Below are positions 49,470 to 62,073 of a stretch of 64,000 bases of DNA, piece by piece. The stretch is from positions 34,224,001-34,288,000 of the forward strand of contig NC_043005.1 of NCBI RefSeq assembly GCF_006345805.1, given 5' to 3'. A program made the position numbers and the translations under genes. How positions within the stretch are numbered: the first letter of the stretch is position 1; every line of letters begins with the position of its first letter. The notes under the pieces are model-generated. The model did not search any database. It saw nothing but the letters and a program-made list of their open reading frames with translations, and was not told the DNA's origin. The stretch comes from Octopus sinensis (Eukaryota).

Positions 49470-51308
49470 GAAACAGTCTCAGTGCACTACAAGATAGGAC
49501 CCCTCCTCCAAAAGGATGGCTCCCTCACAGATAGTCCAACTAAGATCAGTTAGATGCTGAATTACCAGTTCAAAAGTGTCTTTACCCCGTTGGAACACAG
49601 ACAAGTGAACGAACCAGTGGACTTCTTTGCCGCCTCACCTACAACCAGCGAGGCGGTTACAATAGAATGTATTGACATTAGCGAAAAAGATGTACTACTA
49701 GCCATAGATGAAGTGGACACAAACTCAGCTGCTGGTCCTGGCGGTTTCCAGCCATCCTCCTCAAAGCGTGTAAGCATGCCCTGACAAAACCCCTCAAGAT
49801 TCTCTTCCAGAGCTTTCTTGCGAATGTCAAACTGCCAAGCAAGCTGAAGGAGGAATAATATGCCCAATACATAAAGGGGGAAGTAGAGCAGATGCCAAAA
49901 ACTATAGGCCTATCTCTCTGACTTCACACATCAGCAAAGTCATGGAACGGATAGTCAGAAAGAAACTAATCGCATTCTTTGAGGAAAATAACTTGTTGAG
50001 TGATACCCAGCATGGTTTTCGACCAGGTAGGAGCTGCCTGACCCAGCTCTTACAACATTATGACTGGGTGTTGAGGCAGTTACTCAACAAATCAAATGTG
50101 GACGTAATCTACCTTGATTTTGCAAAAGCTTTTGACAAGGTGGATCATGGTATGATGTGCCATAAACTGTGTGACTTCGGCATAGCTGGAAAACTTGGAG
50201 TGTGGTTGCATGACTTCCTGAAAGATAGGAGTCAGGCAGTAGTGGTTAATGGAGCCACCTCTATGAACACACAAATAGTGAGCGGTGTTCTTGGGCCGTC
50301 TTGGGACCACTGCTTTTTATAGTGGCCCTCTCAGATATGCCCTCAAATGCCGAGAGAGCCACTCTGGCCAGCTATGCAGACGATACGAAAGTCTCGCAGA
50401 AAATACAGAACCCCAGCAATGTTGCACACCTGCAGCAGGAGTTGGACTCAATCTACAGATGGGCTGAGGATAATAATATGCAGCTTAATGCTGAAAAATT
50501 CCAGGCCTTGCGCTACCAGCATCCAAAACTGAATATTAAACTTACAGAATACACCGGTCCACAGGGAATTTCAATCCCAGAGCCTAATTCTGTGAGGGAC
50601 CTGGGTATCAACATGAGTGATGAAACCTCTTTCCAAGTGCACATTACCAGGATGGTGACAAAGTGCAGACGACTGGCTGGGTGGATCCTAAGAACATTCA
50701 GAACCAGAGATAAGGAAACCATGATGGTCCTCTGGCGGACATTCGTCCTCAGCCACCTGGATTACTGCTCAAAGCTATGGTCACCCACCAGTGTAAAATT
50801 AACAGCGGACCTTGAAGCAATCCAGAGATGATTCACAAAGAAGATCGTCCCTTTGCAACAGCTCAGCTACTGGGAAATGTTGAAACAGCTAAGACTCTAC
50901 TCCCTGGAGAGAAGACGGGAGAGGTATGCAGTAATATATGTCTGGAAGATCCTGGAAGGAATTGTGCCAAATTTTGGCATTGTAAGCTACACCAATGCTA
51001 GAACGGGACGACACTGCATAGTGCCAAAGATCCCAGCAATGCCATCATGCTTCAGGACCAGCTTCTGCAACAGCCTGGGTTTCAAGGCCCACAGCTTTTT
51101 AATATTCTCCCAAAGAGTCTGAGGAACTTGCACAAAGTAGATGTAGCGGTTTTTAAATCAAAGCTGGACATCTTCCTGTCAAGAGTCCCAGATGAACCTA
51201 CCTCACGGCAAGAGGTGCAAATGAGAGTAGCTATATCAAACTCCATTCTTCACCAAGTGCCACATATTAGACGAGGTTCGTCGTAATAACAGTGTAGCAC
51301 AAAACGGT
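49470..51308 (+). mobile_element. CR1-group LINE fragment, RT frameshifted, terminal tail missing
   Basis: QHGFRPGRSCLTQLL, YLDFAKAFDKVDH, GPLLF, YADDTK, LYSLERRRER. Confidence 0.93.
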
Positions 51309-51504
51309 ATATATGTATGTCCGGGTTCCAGTTAATAATTTTCCTTATGACATAAATACACTATTGGATTTGAATTTAAAATTATCATTATCTTCCTCAC
51401 GGTTGGTCAATTGAGAGCCAATGATAATTTTAAATTCAAATCCAATAGTGTATTTATGTCATAAGGAAAATTATTAACTGGAACCCGGACATACATATAT
51501 ACCG
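51305..51504. repeat. Perfect 85-bp inverted repeat with 30-bp spacer
   Basis: 51305-51389 is the exact reverse complement of 51420-51504. Confidence 0.95.
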
Positions 51505-51892
51505 CTCTGGATCCTAATGTAAGCGTTATTAATAATATTATGAATGATAATAATGATAACATTAATGGTATTGACAACGATAATGATGCTAACTTTAATG
51601 ACACTTTAGAAACTATTATGAAGTAATATAATGTACTATTGACTATGTATATTTGCATCTAGGTACTAATTTGTGTATGTTTATTATCACAATATTAAGT
51701 CGAAAAACTGAGACGTTGAATGTGGAACACATATATATGTTTACTAATTTATATTATTTATTTATATCATTATGTAAATGTATATTTTTATATGAATAGG
51801 AGTGTGAGTATATGCACTCATATGTATATGTATATGTTGTATTGTGGGTATCCACCCACACCCATGTGGGTATATATGTAGACTGAGTTATA

Positions 51893-52030
51893 TTACATAA
51901 TCTCCGAAAAGGCCTTATGATATTTTTGTAAATGTCTCATTTATATCTATGTATTGACCAACCATAAAGGGCTAATATTTGTAAAATGAGACATACTTAT
52001 CTACATGGCCGAAACAGCTATAAGGTGTAA
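51893..52030 (+). ncRNA. Degenerate type-I hammerhead motif with extended stem II
   Basis: UUACAU..CU-CCGAAAA-GGCC...AUGUCUCAUUU...AAAUGAGACAU...GGCC-GAAAC(AGCU)AUA-AGGUGUAA; core mutated. Confidence 0.5.
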
Positions 52031-52454
52031 TTTATATTTACTTATATTTATATTCTCTTTTATATATATTCTACTTATTATACAACATTACTCTTTTATG
52101 TACATTCATGTACACTGATTTGTTCTGCTTTTTTATATTCAACCCTGCAGTCTCTTATGTGGTGGTTTAATAAAGTATGTGATTGAGTATTATCTGGTAA
52201 TTGATATTTGATTTAGATGTATTTCTCCATTTTCTTATCTTGTATTAGTAATTTGTGGTAAATCTTTTTACCTTTGCCCATATAATACAGTAAATGAATT
52301 GATTGCATCGCAATCATTAACATTTATGTATTAACTTTGTTGGGTACTTCACTAGCAGTATATTGGATTTATGTTATCCCATGGAGGGTTGCATTTACAA
52401 CCCCTATCTCAATTTGTATATATATATATATATATATATAAATATATATATATA

Positions 52455-55198
52455 TATTTTTTTTCTTGTTTCAGCTCAGAACTGTGGCCATGCTGATGCA
52501 CCGCCGTTTTGTGCTACACTGTTATTACGAAGAACCTCCTTTAATATGTGGCACTTGGTGAAGAATGGAGTTTGATATAGCTACTCTCATTTGCACCTCT
52601 TGCCGTGAGGTAGGTTCATCTGGGACTCTCGACAGGAAGATGTCTAGCTTTGATTTAAAAACCGCTACATCTACTTTGTGCAAGTTCCTCAGACTCTTTG
52701 GAAGAATATTAAAAAGCTGTGGGCCCTTGAAACCCAGGCTGTTGCAGAAGCTGGTCCTGAAGCATGATGGCATTGCTGGGATCTTTGGCACTATGCAGTG
52801 TCGTCCCGTTCTAGCATTGGTGTAGCTTTCAATGCCAAAATTTTTCACAATTCCTACCAGGATCTTCCAGACATATATTACTGCATACCTCTCCCGTCTT
52901 CTCTCCAGGGAGTAGAGTCTTAGCTGTTTCAACATTTCCCAGTAGCTGAGCTGTTGCAAAGAGACGATCTTCTTTGTGAATCTTCTCTGGATTGCTTCAA
53001 TGTCCGCTGTTAATCTCACACTGGTGGGTGACCATAGCTGTGAGCAGTAATCCAGGCGGCTGAGGACGAATGTCCGCCAGAGGACCATCATGGTTTCCTT
53101 ATCTCTGGTTCTGAATGTTCTTAGGATCCATCCAGCCAGTCTGCACTTTGTCACCATCCTGGTAATGTGCACTTGGAAAGAGATATCATCACTCATGTCG
53201 ATACCCACTGACTTAGGCTCTGGGATTGAAATTCCCTGTGGACCGGTGTACCCTGTAGGTTTAATATTCAGTTTTGGATGCTGGTAGCGCAGGGCCTGGA
53301 ATTTTTCAGCATTAAGCTGCATATTATTATCCTCAGCCCATCTGTAAATTGAGTCCAACTCCTGCTGCAGGTGTGCAACATTGCTGGGGTTCTGTATTTT
53401 CTGTGAGACTTTCATATCATCTGTATAGCTGACCAGAGTGGCTCTCTGGGCATTTGAGGGCATATCTGAGAGGGCCACTATAAAAAGCAGTGGTCCCAAG
53501 ACAGGGCCCTGTGGAACACCGCTCACTGTTTGTGTGTTCATAGAGGTGGCTCCATTAGCCACTACTGCCTGACTCCTATCTTTCAGGAAGTCATGTAACT
53601 GTACTCCAAGTTTTCCAGCTATGCCAAGGTCATGCAGTTTGTGGCATATCATACCATGATCCACCTTGTCATAAACTTTTGCAAAATCAAGGTATATCAC
53701 ATACACATTTGATTTGTTGAGTAACTGCCTCAACACCCAGTCATAATGTTGTAAGAGCTGGGTCAGGCAGTTCTTACCTTGTCGAAAACCATGTTGGGTA
53801 TCACTTAGCAAGTTATTTTTTTCAAGGAATGCGATTAGTTTCCCTCTGACTATCCGTTCCATGACTTTGCTGATGTGTGAAGTCAGAGAGATAGGCCTAT
53901 AGTTTTTGGCATCTGCTCTACTTCCCCCTTTATGTATTGGGCATATTATTCCTCCTTCAGCTTGCTTGGCAGTTTGACATTTGTAAGAAAGCTCTGGAAG
54001 AGAATCTTGAGGGGTTTTGCATGTTTACACGATTTGAGGAGGATTGCTGGGAAACTGTCTGGACCAGCAGTTGAGTTTGTGTCCACTTCATCTATGGCTA
54101 GTAGTACATCTTCTTCGCTAATGTCAATGTATTCTATTGTAACTGCCTCGCTAGTTATAGGTGAGGCGGCAAAGAAGTCCACTGGTTCGTTCACTTGTCT
54201 GTGTTCCAACGGGGTGGTAAAGACACTTTTGAACTGGTCATTCAGTATCTCACTGATCTTAGTTGGACTGTCTGTGAGGGAGCCATCCTTTTGGAGGAGG
54301 GGGTCCTATCTTGTAGTGCACTGAGGCTGTTTCTTTTGCGTAATGTAAGAAGGCCTTTGGGTTTGACTTAATGTTTTTTATAACCCAGGCTTCTTTGTCT
54401 GCTTTCTCCCTCACATAGGATTGTTGCAGCCTTTTTTCGATCTCTATCAGTGTTGTTTTTAGGCGGGACGTTTCGCTGCTTTTGGGATGTTGGTTGAGTT
54501 GATTTGCAACCTTCGTCCGTCATCTCATGAGGATCTTCCTATCTCTTGGAATCTTGCTCCTATTTGTTTTGGCCTTGTGCTCTGGGACATATTTCTGGCA
54601 TATGGCTTGCACAGAAGACATGAAACATTCTAGTTTCATGTCAATGTCTGGTGTGGAGATAAATTTCGGCCAGTCCTCTCTGAGGATTTCTTTTTGGATT
54701 GATTTCCAATCTGCTTTGTGGAAGTTCAGATTGGAGAGATTTTGGGTGCTTCCTTTAGGCTGTATGTCTCTGGTTACTTTCGGCCCAAGCATAGACAGCT
54801 CTATTATGTTGTGATCCGAGACTAATGTCGGTGTCCCTTTCACATTATGAATGATGTCCATATTGTTCGTGAAGCAGAGATCCAGAATGTTATTCGCCCT
54901 AGTTGGTTTGAGTACAACTTGCTCCATGAATAAGGCATTGGTGAGGTTGAGCAGGGACTCCACCTGTGCTTGCTTGCAATGAGTCATTCCTGAGAGTATG
55001 AGACCTTCGGGCCATTTGACATTGGGGAAGTTGAAATCACCCATTAGAAATATGGTTACGTGGTGTTCCAGATTCATGAGGATTTCTTTAATTCTTGTGA
55101 GGCAATCTTCAAACTTGCCTATGTGGTTTGGAGCATCCGGTGGGCAATATGTATTGCATATGACTATATTATGTTGTCTTATGTATACAATTAGAGTG
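52455..55198 (-). mobile_element. CR1-group LINE, 5'-truncated within the endonuclease, with intact 3' tail
   Basis: APE motifs MGDFNFP, PTRANNILDLCF, SDHNII (54520-55077); RT ORF 52525-53862; tail GGCGGTGCATCAGCATGGCCACAG..CTGAAACAAGAAAA. Confidence 0.95.
52525..53862 (-). pseudogene. CR1-group reverse transcriptase, 445-aa open segment of a disrupted ORF2
   Basis: SGVPQGPVLGPLLF, YTDD; upstream frameshifts and stops. Confidence 0.88.
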
Positions 55199-55199
55199 T

Positions 55200-55387
55200 T
55201 GCCTTGGCTTCAGTTAATTTTGAAAACAATGGAAAATTTAGTAAAATAACTTAGTCATTATTAGCTGGTGTTTGAGGCATAAATTAGTCTGCAATTCTAA
55301 TGTATTTTAATTTAAATAACTTTAGAACAAGAAGTTTATATCATAGAATCAGGGCAGTCTCAGATGGATTAATATCAATTAGGTTAA
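55200..55387 (+). mobile_element. piggyBac-like MITE family 1, left end lost
   Basis: GTCATTATTAGCTGGTGTTTG and GAAGTTT..CATAGAA shared with 9644-9882; ends GGTTAA. Confidence 0.6.
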
Positions 55388-55599
55388 AGTTGATTATAAT
55401 AGAGAAATGATAGTGGGACATTTTTATCATTAAAGAATTAATTCTGAAATCCAGTATCTGAGAGGTTAAATGATCTCTTCAAATATTCATTTATTATTGA
55501 AATTCTTATTGTCCAGCCTACATCAAAATCAATGGCATTTCTGGATTCTACAAGTAATTGTGGTTCCTGATATATTTTAATATTGCTACATTCATCAGA

Positions 55600-56400
55600 G
55601 AAAAGTTACAACTTGTAAAATGCAAGACAGCTCTCAACCCCAAAGTTTTTGAACTTTTTGGTCAGAATTAGCTGAAAACTTTGGAATTGCACTTTCTGCC
55701 ACAAATTTATTCTTTGCTAAGCTTCTACAATATGGAATAGGTGTTGGTGTTGTTTTCCAAGTTTATTAGATCTATCCTCTAAGAATTACTTCGGGAACTG
55801 CAGCTGTGATGACAGATGCTTCCAGTAATTTTCAAAGAAACTAGAGGTACTACCAAACTTTGAGAGAGAGTTAGAAACAGCAGGAAGAAACAACTGAGGC
55901 TCAAGAAGTACCATAAAATCCAAAGCAGAATTTCAAAGTAAATTCCTGCTATGTTGTCTTGAACATGCTACAAAAAAATAATTACTTATTTGGCTTCCTG
56001 GATATATACTAAGAAAAACAATCTACTGAAGATGCATTTAAGGGTTGCAAGGATTGTGAAAAATCCTTGTTCATAAAAGAAACAAAAATATTGATACTAA
56101 AGATTTACGCCACAAAGTTAGCAATAACTTGAAAACTTCCAAACTTTATGCTGCTGCATATGTTTCTCTTCATGCAATAAGAACTATTACCGAATATTTC
56201 TGATGTTCCTTTCCAGACAACTAGTATCAACGGCAAATGGGGAACAATTTCACATAGCTCAAATTTATAAAAACATGTTGTCAACAGTATTACAAAAGTG
56301 ACTAATTGGTTTAGTAACCATGTCAACTGAACTTCTTATTGTTCAATCTGATTAAATTGGTGACAAATTTATAAAGGGTAAGGCATACTAAGACAAATTT
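55600..56400 (+). pseudogene. Possible very old P-element/THAP9-type transposase remnant
   Basis: YLASWI...KGCKDCEKSL resembles the Y.AGY......C..C...L C-terminal motif; heavily disrupted. Confidence 0.3.
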
Positions 56401-56759
56401 TTATGTTCCTGAAAGTGAGGTTTTGATAAGATTTAAATTTTAACCAGACAGTTCATAAGATTCTGGTATGTTTGTCTTTAAGTAAGATATTGTTGGTTAC
56501 ACTAAGTAAACATAAAAGGACATAAAAGATATGTGAAGTAAAAGGTTTCAATGTAGTGTTACTTTATAGAAAATACGGTTTCGACCAAGTGTCTTCAGGA
56601 TCAAAATTATTCCTATGTCAAAATATTTTTCATTTGTATTTCAGAAAGTTAATCAAACATTGATGCATTATTTATTCTTGCAATTTAAAAGAAATTTAGA
56701 AGTTTCAAATTTTATGCCTTTTACTTTTTGTGCTACAAAATGTCTGCTTTAGAAAATTT

Positions 56760-57045
56760 ATCATCATTGTCTTCATCATCATTTAATGTCCTTGTACCAT
56801 ACTGGCATGGGTTGGACAGTTTGACAGGATCTGACTGGTCCAAAGACTGCATTATGCTTCACTATCTACTTTGGCATGGTTTTTATGATTGGGTACCCTT
56901 TCTAATGCCAATCACTTTACAAAATGTGCTAGGTGCTTTTTTCATACCATTAGTACCAGTGAAGGCATCACACAGCTTGCAAGAGTTTGAAGTTGATAAC
57001 TTTTTGGGTGAGTGCAAAAAAGTTGGTTTATGCTTGGTTGTAAAA
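56760..57045 (-). mobile_element. Old RTE-type 3' tail
   Basis: CTGGCATGGGTTGGACAGTTTGACAG and CACTTTACAAAATGTGCTAGGTGCTTTT. Confidence 0.65.
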
Positions 57046-59061
57046 TAGTCCACACATTGTAAAATAGGCCACACATTGTGATGTCCACACATTGATGTCC
57101 ACACATTATGATGCAAAAAAAAAAAAGATGTCAGATGGATGTAGTCTGCTATAAATGGGTAACTTAACCAAGAAATTGTCATGCTATTGTTAGTTTTCAT
57201 TGTTTTTGTTTAATTGTTCCAAGACTGGATAATCATTGTCAATGTACATAAATCTAATTTAATATACTGCACAGCTGTTATAAATGAACCTCTCTAAATG
57301 TGTATAAGATGACTGTTAATTAAACAAATGCAACTTTCACTAAAGAAGAATGTCTTGATTTAGTTATAATTGGTAATGTTGTTTCAATTTGCATTGTTCA
57401 TGAAGCTGATATATTCTGATCAATTAATTCTAATTTATGCCTAGTATTATACTTTGTATAATATAATTCCTGTGTGTATTTACATTTTGCTTTACCACAA
57501 ATCCTTGCTTATTCTCTTCCTGTATGGTGAACAAAGTCATTTCCCTCATACTTTTGGTTCTATTTCCCCATTTTTTTCTCTAAATTTTGAACTGCTGATT
57601 TATTTAACAAATTCTACCTAGAAAAAGGTTGTTGGTATAAAGAATTACTAATATCTAAGAGGGTTAAAACCACACATGAACTTAAATTATGTGGATTAAT
57701 GAAAACAGAATTTGATATATTTCCATTGAAGGAAAGTGTGTTTAATTAATAAGATGTTACAAAGCTGGGAGATATTTTAGCAAGTTTCATGATTGGTTTT
57801 GACTATTGTATTATAGCTGGTATTTTCTATTTCTGATAAAGTGTTGAATATCTTTTTTCTTTTTATTTATTTCTGCATTTTCTATATTGGAAAGCTAGCT
57901 ATCTTCTTTATTGATTACTTAATAGATGGCTTAAGTCTTTAAGAAAAAGAACAGATGCCTGCTCTGAGTTTTAGCCATATTATTAGAATGAATTTCACAT
58001 GAAAGTTTCTTTACTTGTTTTGGAAAGAGTAGGTTAAAGAAGTAAGAAAGATAAATTTTCTTGTGCAAAATATTGATTTTACAAAGTACATTTAATGTTT
58101 GTAATATAAGTGTCAATTAGCTTGTATTTTCTTATTACTTCTATTAACCACTATTCTATGTTGATATAGCCTTGGAAGAAGATTAACTCTTTTTCTATTT
58201 CATCTTTCTTTAGGTTTCTCTACTAGTTTCAGATCATTGAGGTCACTTTTAATTAGGTTTGGCAGTTTTCATTTTAGTTACTTTTATTTTATTTTTACAA
58301 AGTCATGTCATTTGTTCATTTAATTTGCATCATTCATTTTTATTATATACTCTCTGTATACACATTTAACTTACAACCTGGTATGTTAAAAAGATCAAAA
58401 ATGGTTGTTCTTTATACATCTATCCCAACTCTTTTGAAAGCAAATTGGCAGGATTACAGTTGCTCATTAACCTTCAAATAGATACCATCTAGAAAGTTGG
58501 TTGGTTGTAGATCTTGATTGGAACTAACAGCAGTGTTGTGATAATATTGAGGGCTTCTTTGGTTTGGATCTTTCACTCCACTGGATATGAGCAGTGTTGC
58601 TGTTAAGGAATTTGCTGCAAACTTCTATCATGTTCTATGTATATATGTGTCATTCAGAAAAACCAATCTTGTTGACTTAAGATTAGTAAAGCTGTCAACT
58701 GTATTTGTGCATTGTAGTGTGGGTTGGCGGAGTTATTTTCAACCCAGACCCTATCAACTCTGGTATAGCCCAAAGCTATTACCTACATATTTCCTTTTGT
58801 ACATTAGTGACCTACTTGTTATCACCTCTAAAAGCAAACACTCCTCTGTAAAGGATAACATCATTCACATATACATTCACATATACAAACTAGACTTGGG
58901 CAATTTGAAAACATCTTCAATAAAAGAAATTTCATTAGACAATACCTAGAATTACTATGCATACCAAAAAATGTCGTTATCACACCTGTACACATGGATA
59001 TATAAAAATTTCAAATTTGCTACAAATCTTTGGTCTCACTATCTGATCACTTATTGCAACC

Positions 59062-59146
<85 letters not shown>

Positions 59147-59147
<1 letters not shown>

Positions 59148-59273
59148 TTGTGTCTGGGGAGAGTCATTCTCTTTTGGTGCCTTATAATTTAACACACTTA
59201 TAAGTGGAAATTTTACTGGTGAGTGTGTTAAATTATAAGGCACCAAAAGAGAATGACTCTCCCCAGACACAAC
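59147..59273. repeat. Perfect 52-bp inverted repeat with 23-bp spacer
   Basis: 59147-59198 is the exact reverse complement of 59222-59273; abuts a (TA)n tract. Confidence 0.95.
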
Positions 59274-59725
59274 AGAATATGCTTCAACACACGAACTCAC
59301 ATAAAGAATCGTGTAAACCAAATCCAAAAACGAAATATGTATATTCATATATTAAACAATAGGATTCTTCTTTTGAGTCAAAAAATTCTTTATTTCTGAT
59401 AAGTTGCTTACCTTCAACAGTACTCACGTAGAAACCTTATTGGGGTACTGCTTACATTTTTAGGACATTGTTGCTTGTTACAAGCAAACATCATAGACCA
59501 CATCTAAAAGAAAGCCTGGTTGGCAAAGATTTGTACATCAACATTTTTTTGACCACTTCTCACTGTTGCACTGTCTCTTCTTTCCTTTTCTATTGCTGTT
59601 ACAATGGCTTCCATTTTTCTGAACTTGCTAACTGCATTCTCTCTTTCCTTTTAGGACCAGTTGTTTGACCTTTCTCTTTTTCTCTTCCTGTTATTATTAT
59701 TAGGTGTTATTATTATGTGTCTCAT

Positions 59726-59938
59726 CAAGGTGGTGAGCTGGCAGAATCGTTAGCATGCCAGGTGAAATGTTTAGTGATATTTCATCTGCTGCTACATTCT
59801 GAGTTCAAATTTTGCTGAGGCTGACTTTGCCCTTCATCCTTTTGGGGTCGATAAATTAAGTACCAGTGAAACACTGGGCTTGATGTTATCGACTAATCCC
59901 ACCCTCAAATTTCAGGCCTTGTGTCTATAGTAAAAAGG
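59726..59938 (+). mobile_element. SINE family B with 17-bp TSD
   Basis: Head and Nin core; ATTATTATGTGTCTCAT at 59709-59725 and 59939-59955. Confidence 0.9.
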
Positions 59939-60165
59939 ATTATTATGTGTCTCATTTCCCCCAGCCTTGCACTAAATACTTCATACAAACCTTCTTTCCA
60001 AGATCTTCAAGCTAGGTACTAATCATATAAATACTTTTATCTTGCAGCTATTCACAACTCACAAGCACTGTTCCTCTGACTGTAAGGGAAAAATTTATTT
60101 ATATAGATAAAGACAAAAATATACATGTACATAAATATATATGTACAAGTATGTATATATATATA

Positions 60166-60900
60166 CAGGGTGTGTAAGATATTTGAGAACAGATTTATAT
60201 TCATAAAAAAACCCCAGATATATATAATAACAGATAACTTTATTTATTAAAAAATGCTATGAGGATAAAGATAAACCTTCTTTTCTATATTGTTATTCAA
60301 TAAAGCCACCTTCAGCTTCAACAACTGCTTCTGTATGAGATCTTAATCATCTACATGCATGAATCAAGTGGTCCTAGTTCATTTTGGACATTATTCTGAC
60401 TATGGTAGCCTTCAAAGAATCTTTGGTGTTATGGGCATGTTCATTGACCTCTCTCTCAATAACGCTCACATGTAATAGTCCAATGAATTGGGATCTGGGG
60501 AATTAGGAGGCCAAATTTTAGGGGTTATGTGATCATGAAAATTTTCAACCATCCATTCCTGTGTTACTAGAGCCATATGCGATAGTGCAGAGACTTACTG
60601 AAACACATATGACCTCTCATTGCATACACTGTCTATCCAGGGCTTAACAATTATTTTCAGGATCTCAATGTAGGTGGCAAAGTTAACTCTAAGGCCTTGT
60701 GGAAAGAAGTAAGGTGGCATCACATGTCCTTCATTGCTGACAACCCCTAAAACCATGATAGTTGCAGGATGTTTTGTATGCAAAACACTTGTAACTTCAG
60801 AAGGGTCTGCACATAACTATCTGTCATTTGTTCTGTTAACTTTTTAATGTTGGTCGAAGTTTTTCTCGTTTGAGAAAAACCAAATCAAATCTTCTTCTGA
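60166..60900 (-). mobile_element. maT/DD37D transposon 3' half, decayed
   Basis: TA-CAGGGTGT TIR; KHPATIMVLGVVS, VFQ*VSA...WPPNSPDPNSLDY with 37 residues between the expected second and third D positions. Confidence 0.85.
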
Positions 60901-60909
60901 CCGGTGGCA

Positions 60910-61640
60910 TTGCATGAAGTTATACTGTCACATGGTGTGTCTTTGTTTTGCATTACTTCTTCCTTGTTTGTCAATTTTTGCAATGGCGGAAATGAAAGAA
61001 CAGCATGCTTCCATGAAATTCTGTTTTCTGCTGGAGGAAATGGTGACTGAAACAATTGTCATGCTTTAAACAGCTTACAAGGATGCTGCCATGAGCAAAA
61101 CACAAGTTTATGAGTGATTTCCATGCTTTAGGAATGGTCACTTGTTGCTTGAAGACCAACCTCGTTCAGGATGACCATCAACCTCCCAAACAAATGAAAA
61201 CATCATGAAAATTCATGAACTGATCTTGGAGGAACATAACTGAACAACTTATTGACATGACTGGTGTGTCCTGGAACTCCTGTCAATGAATTTTGAGTGA
61301 GGAATTGTGAATGAAAAGAGTTGCAGCGAAATTTGTATCTTGCTTGTTCATGGAAGATCAAAAAAGCTGTCATGATTGAATGCATCTCATGGACTGAAAG
61401 AACAGTTGAAAGTTGATCCAGACCTTTTTTCAAAGGTCATCACTAGTGAAAAAGTTGATGCTATGGAATTTGCAGATGTGGAAGAGGTGAAGAAAAAATC
61501 GATGGGAGCATTAAAAGGCATCACTTCATAAGAATTCCAGTACTGCTTCAAATAGTGGAAAACATGCCTGGACTGATGCATTGCTTCAAATGGAAAATAC
61601 TTTGAAGGCAATAAACATGTAAAACTAAGTAAATAAAATA
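60910..61640 (+). mobile_element. Internally deleted mariner of a second subfamily
   Basis: MAEMKEQ.ASMKFCF...AMSKTQVYE.F..F..G...LEDQPRSG.PSTS, jumping from FSKVITSE to C-terminal WK..LD.CIASNGKYFEG. Confidence 0.8.
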
Positions 61641-61649
61641 ATATTGAAA

Positions 61650-62020
61650 ATTTCATCATCTGACACAAGATTGCCTCTTCCAATACCCCCATCCCTCTCA
61701 AAATCCTTGTCTCGCTAGTTACTTGATGACCTTGTGAGTGCTGGTGCCACATAAAAAACATCCAGTCCACACTGCAAAGTGGTTGGCATTTGGAGGGGCA
61801 TCCAGCTGTAAAAATAATGCCAAAACTGACTTCACCTGTGCTAGTGCCATGTAAAAAGCACTGAGTCCACTCTGCAGATTAGTTGGTGTTAGGAAGGGCA
61901 TCCAGCTGTAAAAATCCTGCCAAAACAGACACAATAGTCTGAGGTAGTCTTCTACTTGGCTAGCTCCTGTCAGCCATCCAACGCATGCATGCATGGAAGA
62001 TGGATGCTAAATGATGATGA

Positions 62021-62022
<2 letters not shown>
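61650..62022 (+). mobile_element. Old RTE-type 3' tail with duplicated internal unit
   Basis: AGTCCACACTGCA...GGGCATCCAGCTGTAAAAAT..TGCCAAAAC occurs twice; ends (GAT)n. Confidence 0.7.

Positions 62023-62073
<51 letters not shown>

Noticed and set aside
56570-56604. Minus-strand CUGAAGA...GAAAC-C-GUA hammerhead-like string
   Set aside because: Stem I does not pair and stems II and III cannot form properly.
57048-57112. Four copies of CCACACATT
   Set aside because: Short slippage repeat with no further structure.
58214-58256. Possible plus-strand exon after a strong polypyrimidine tract
   Set aside because: Weak donor and no coding signal; needs RNA evidence.
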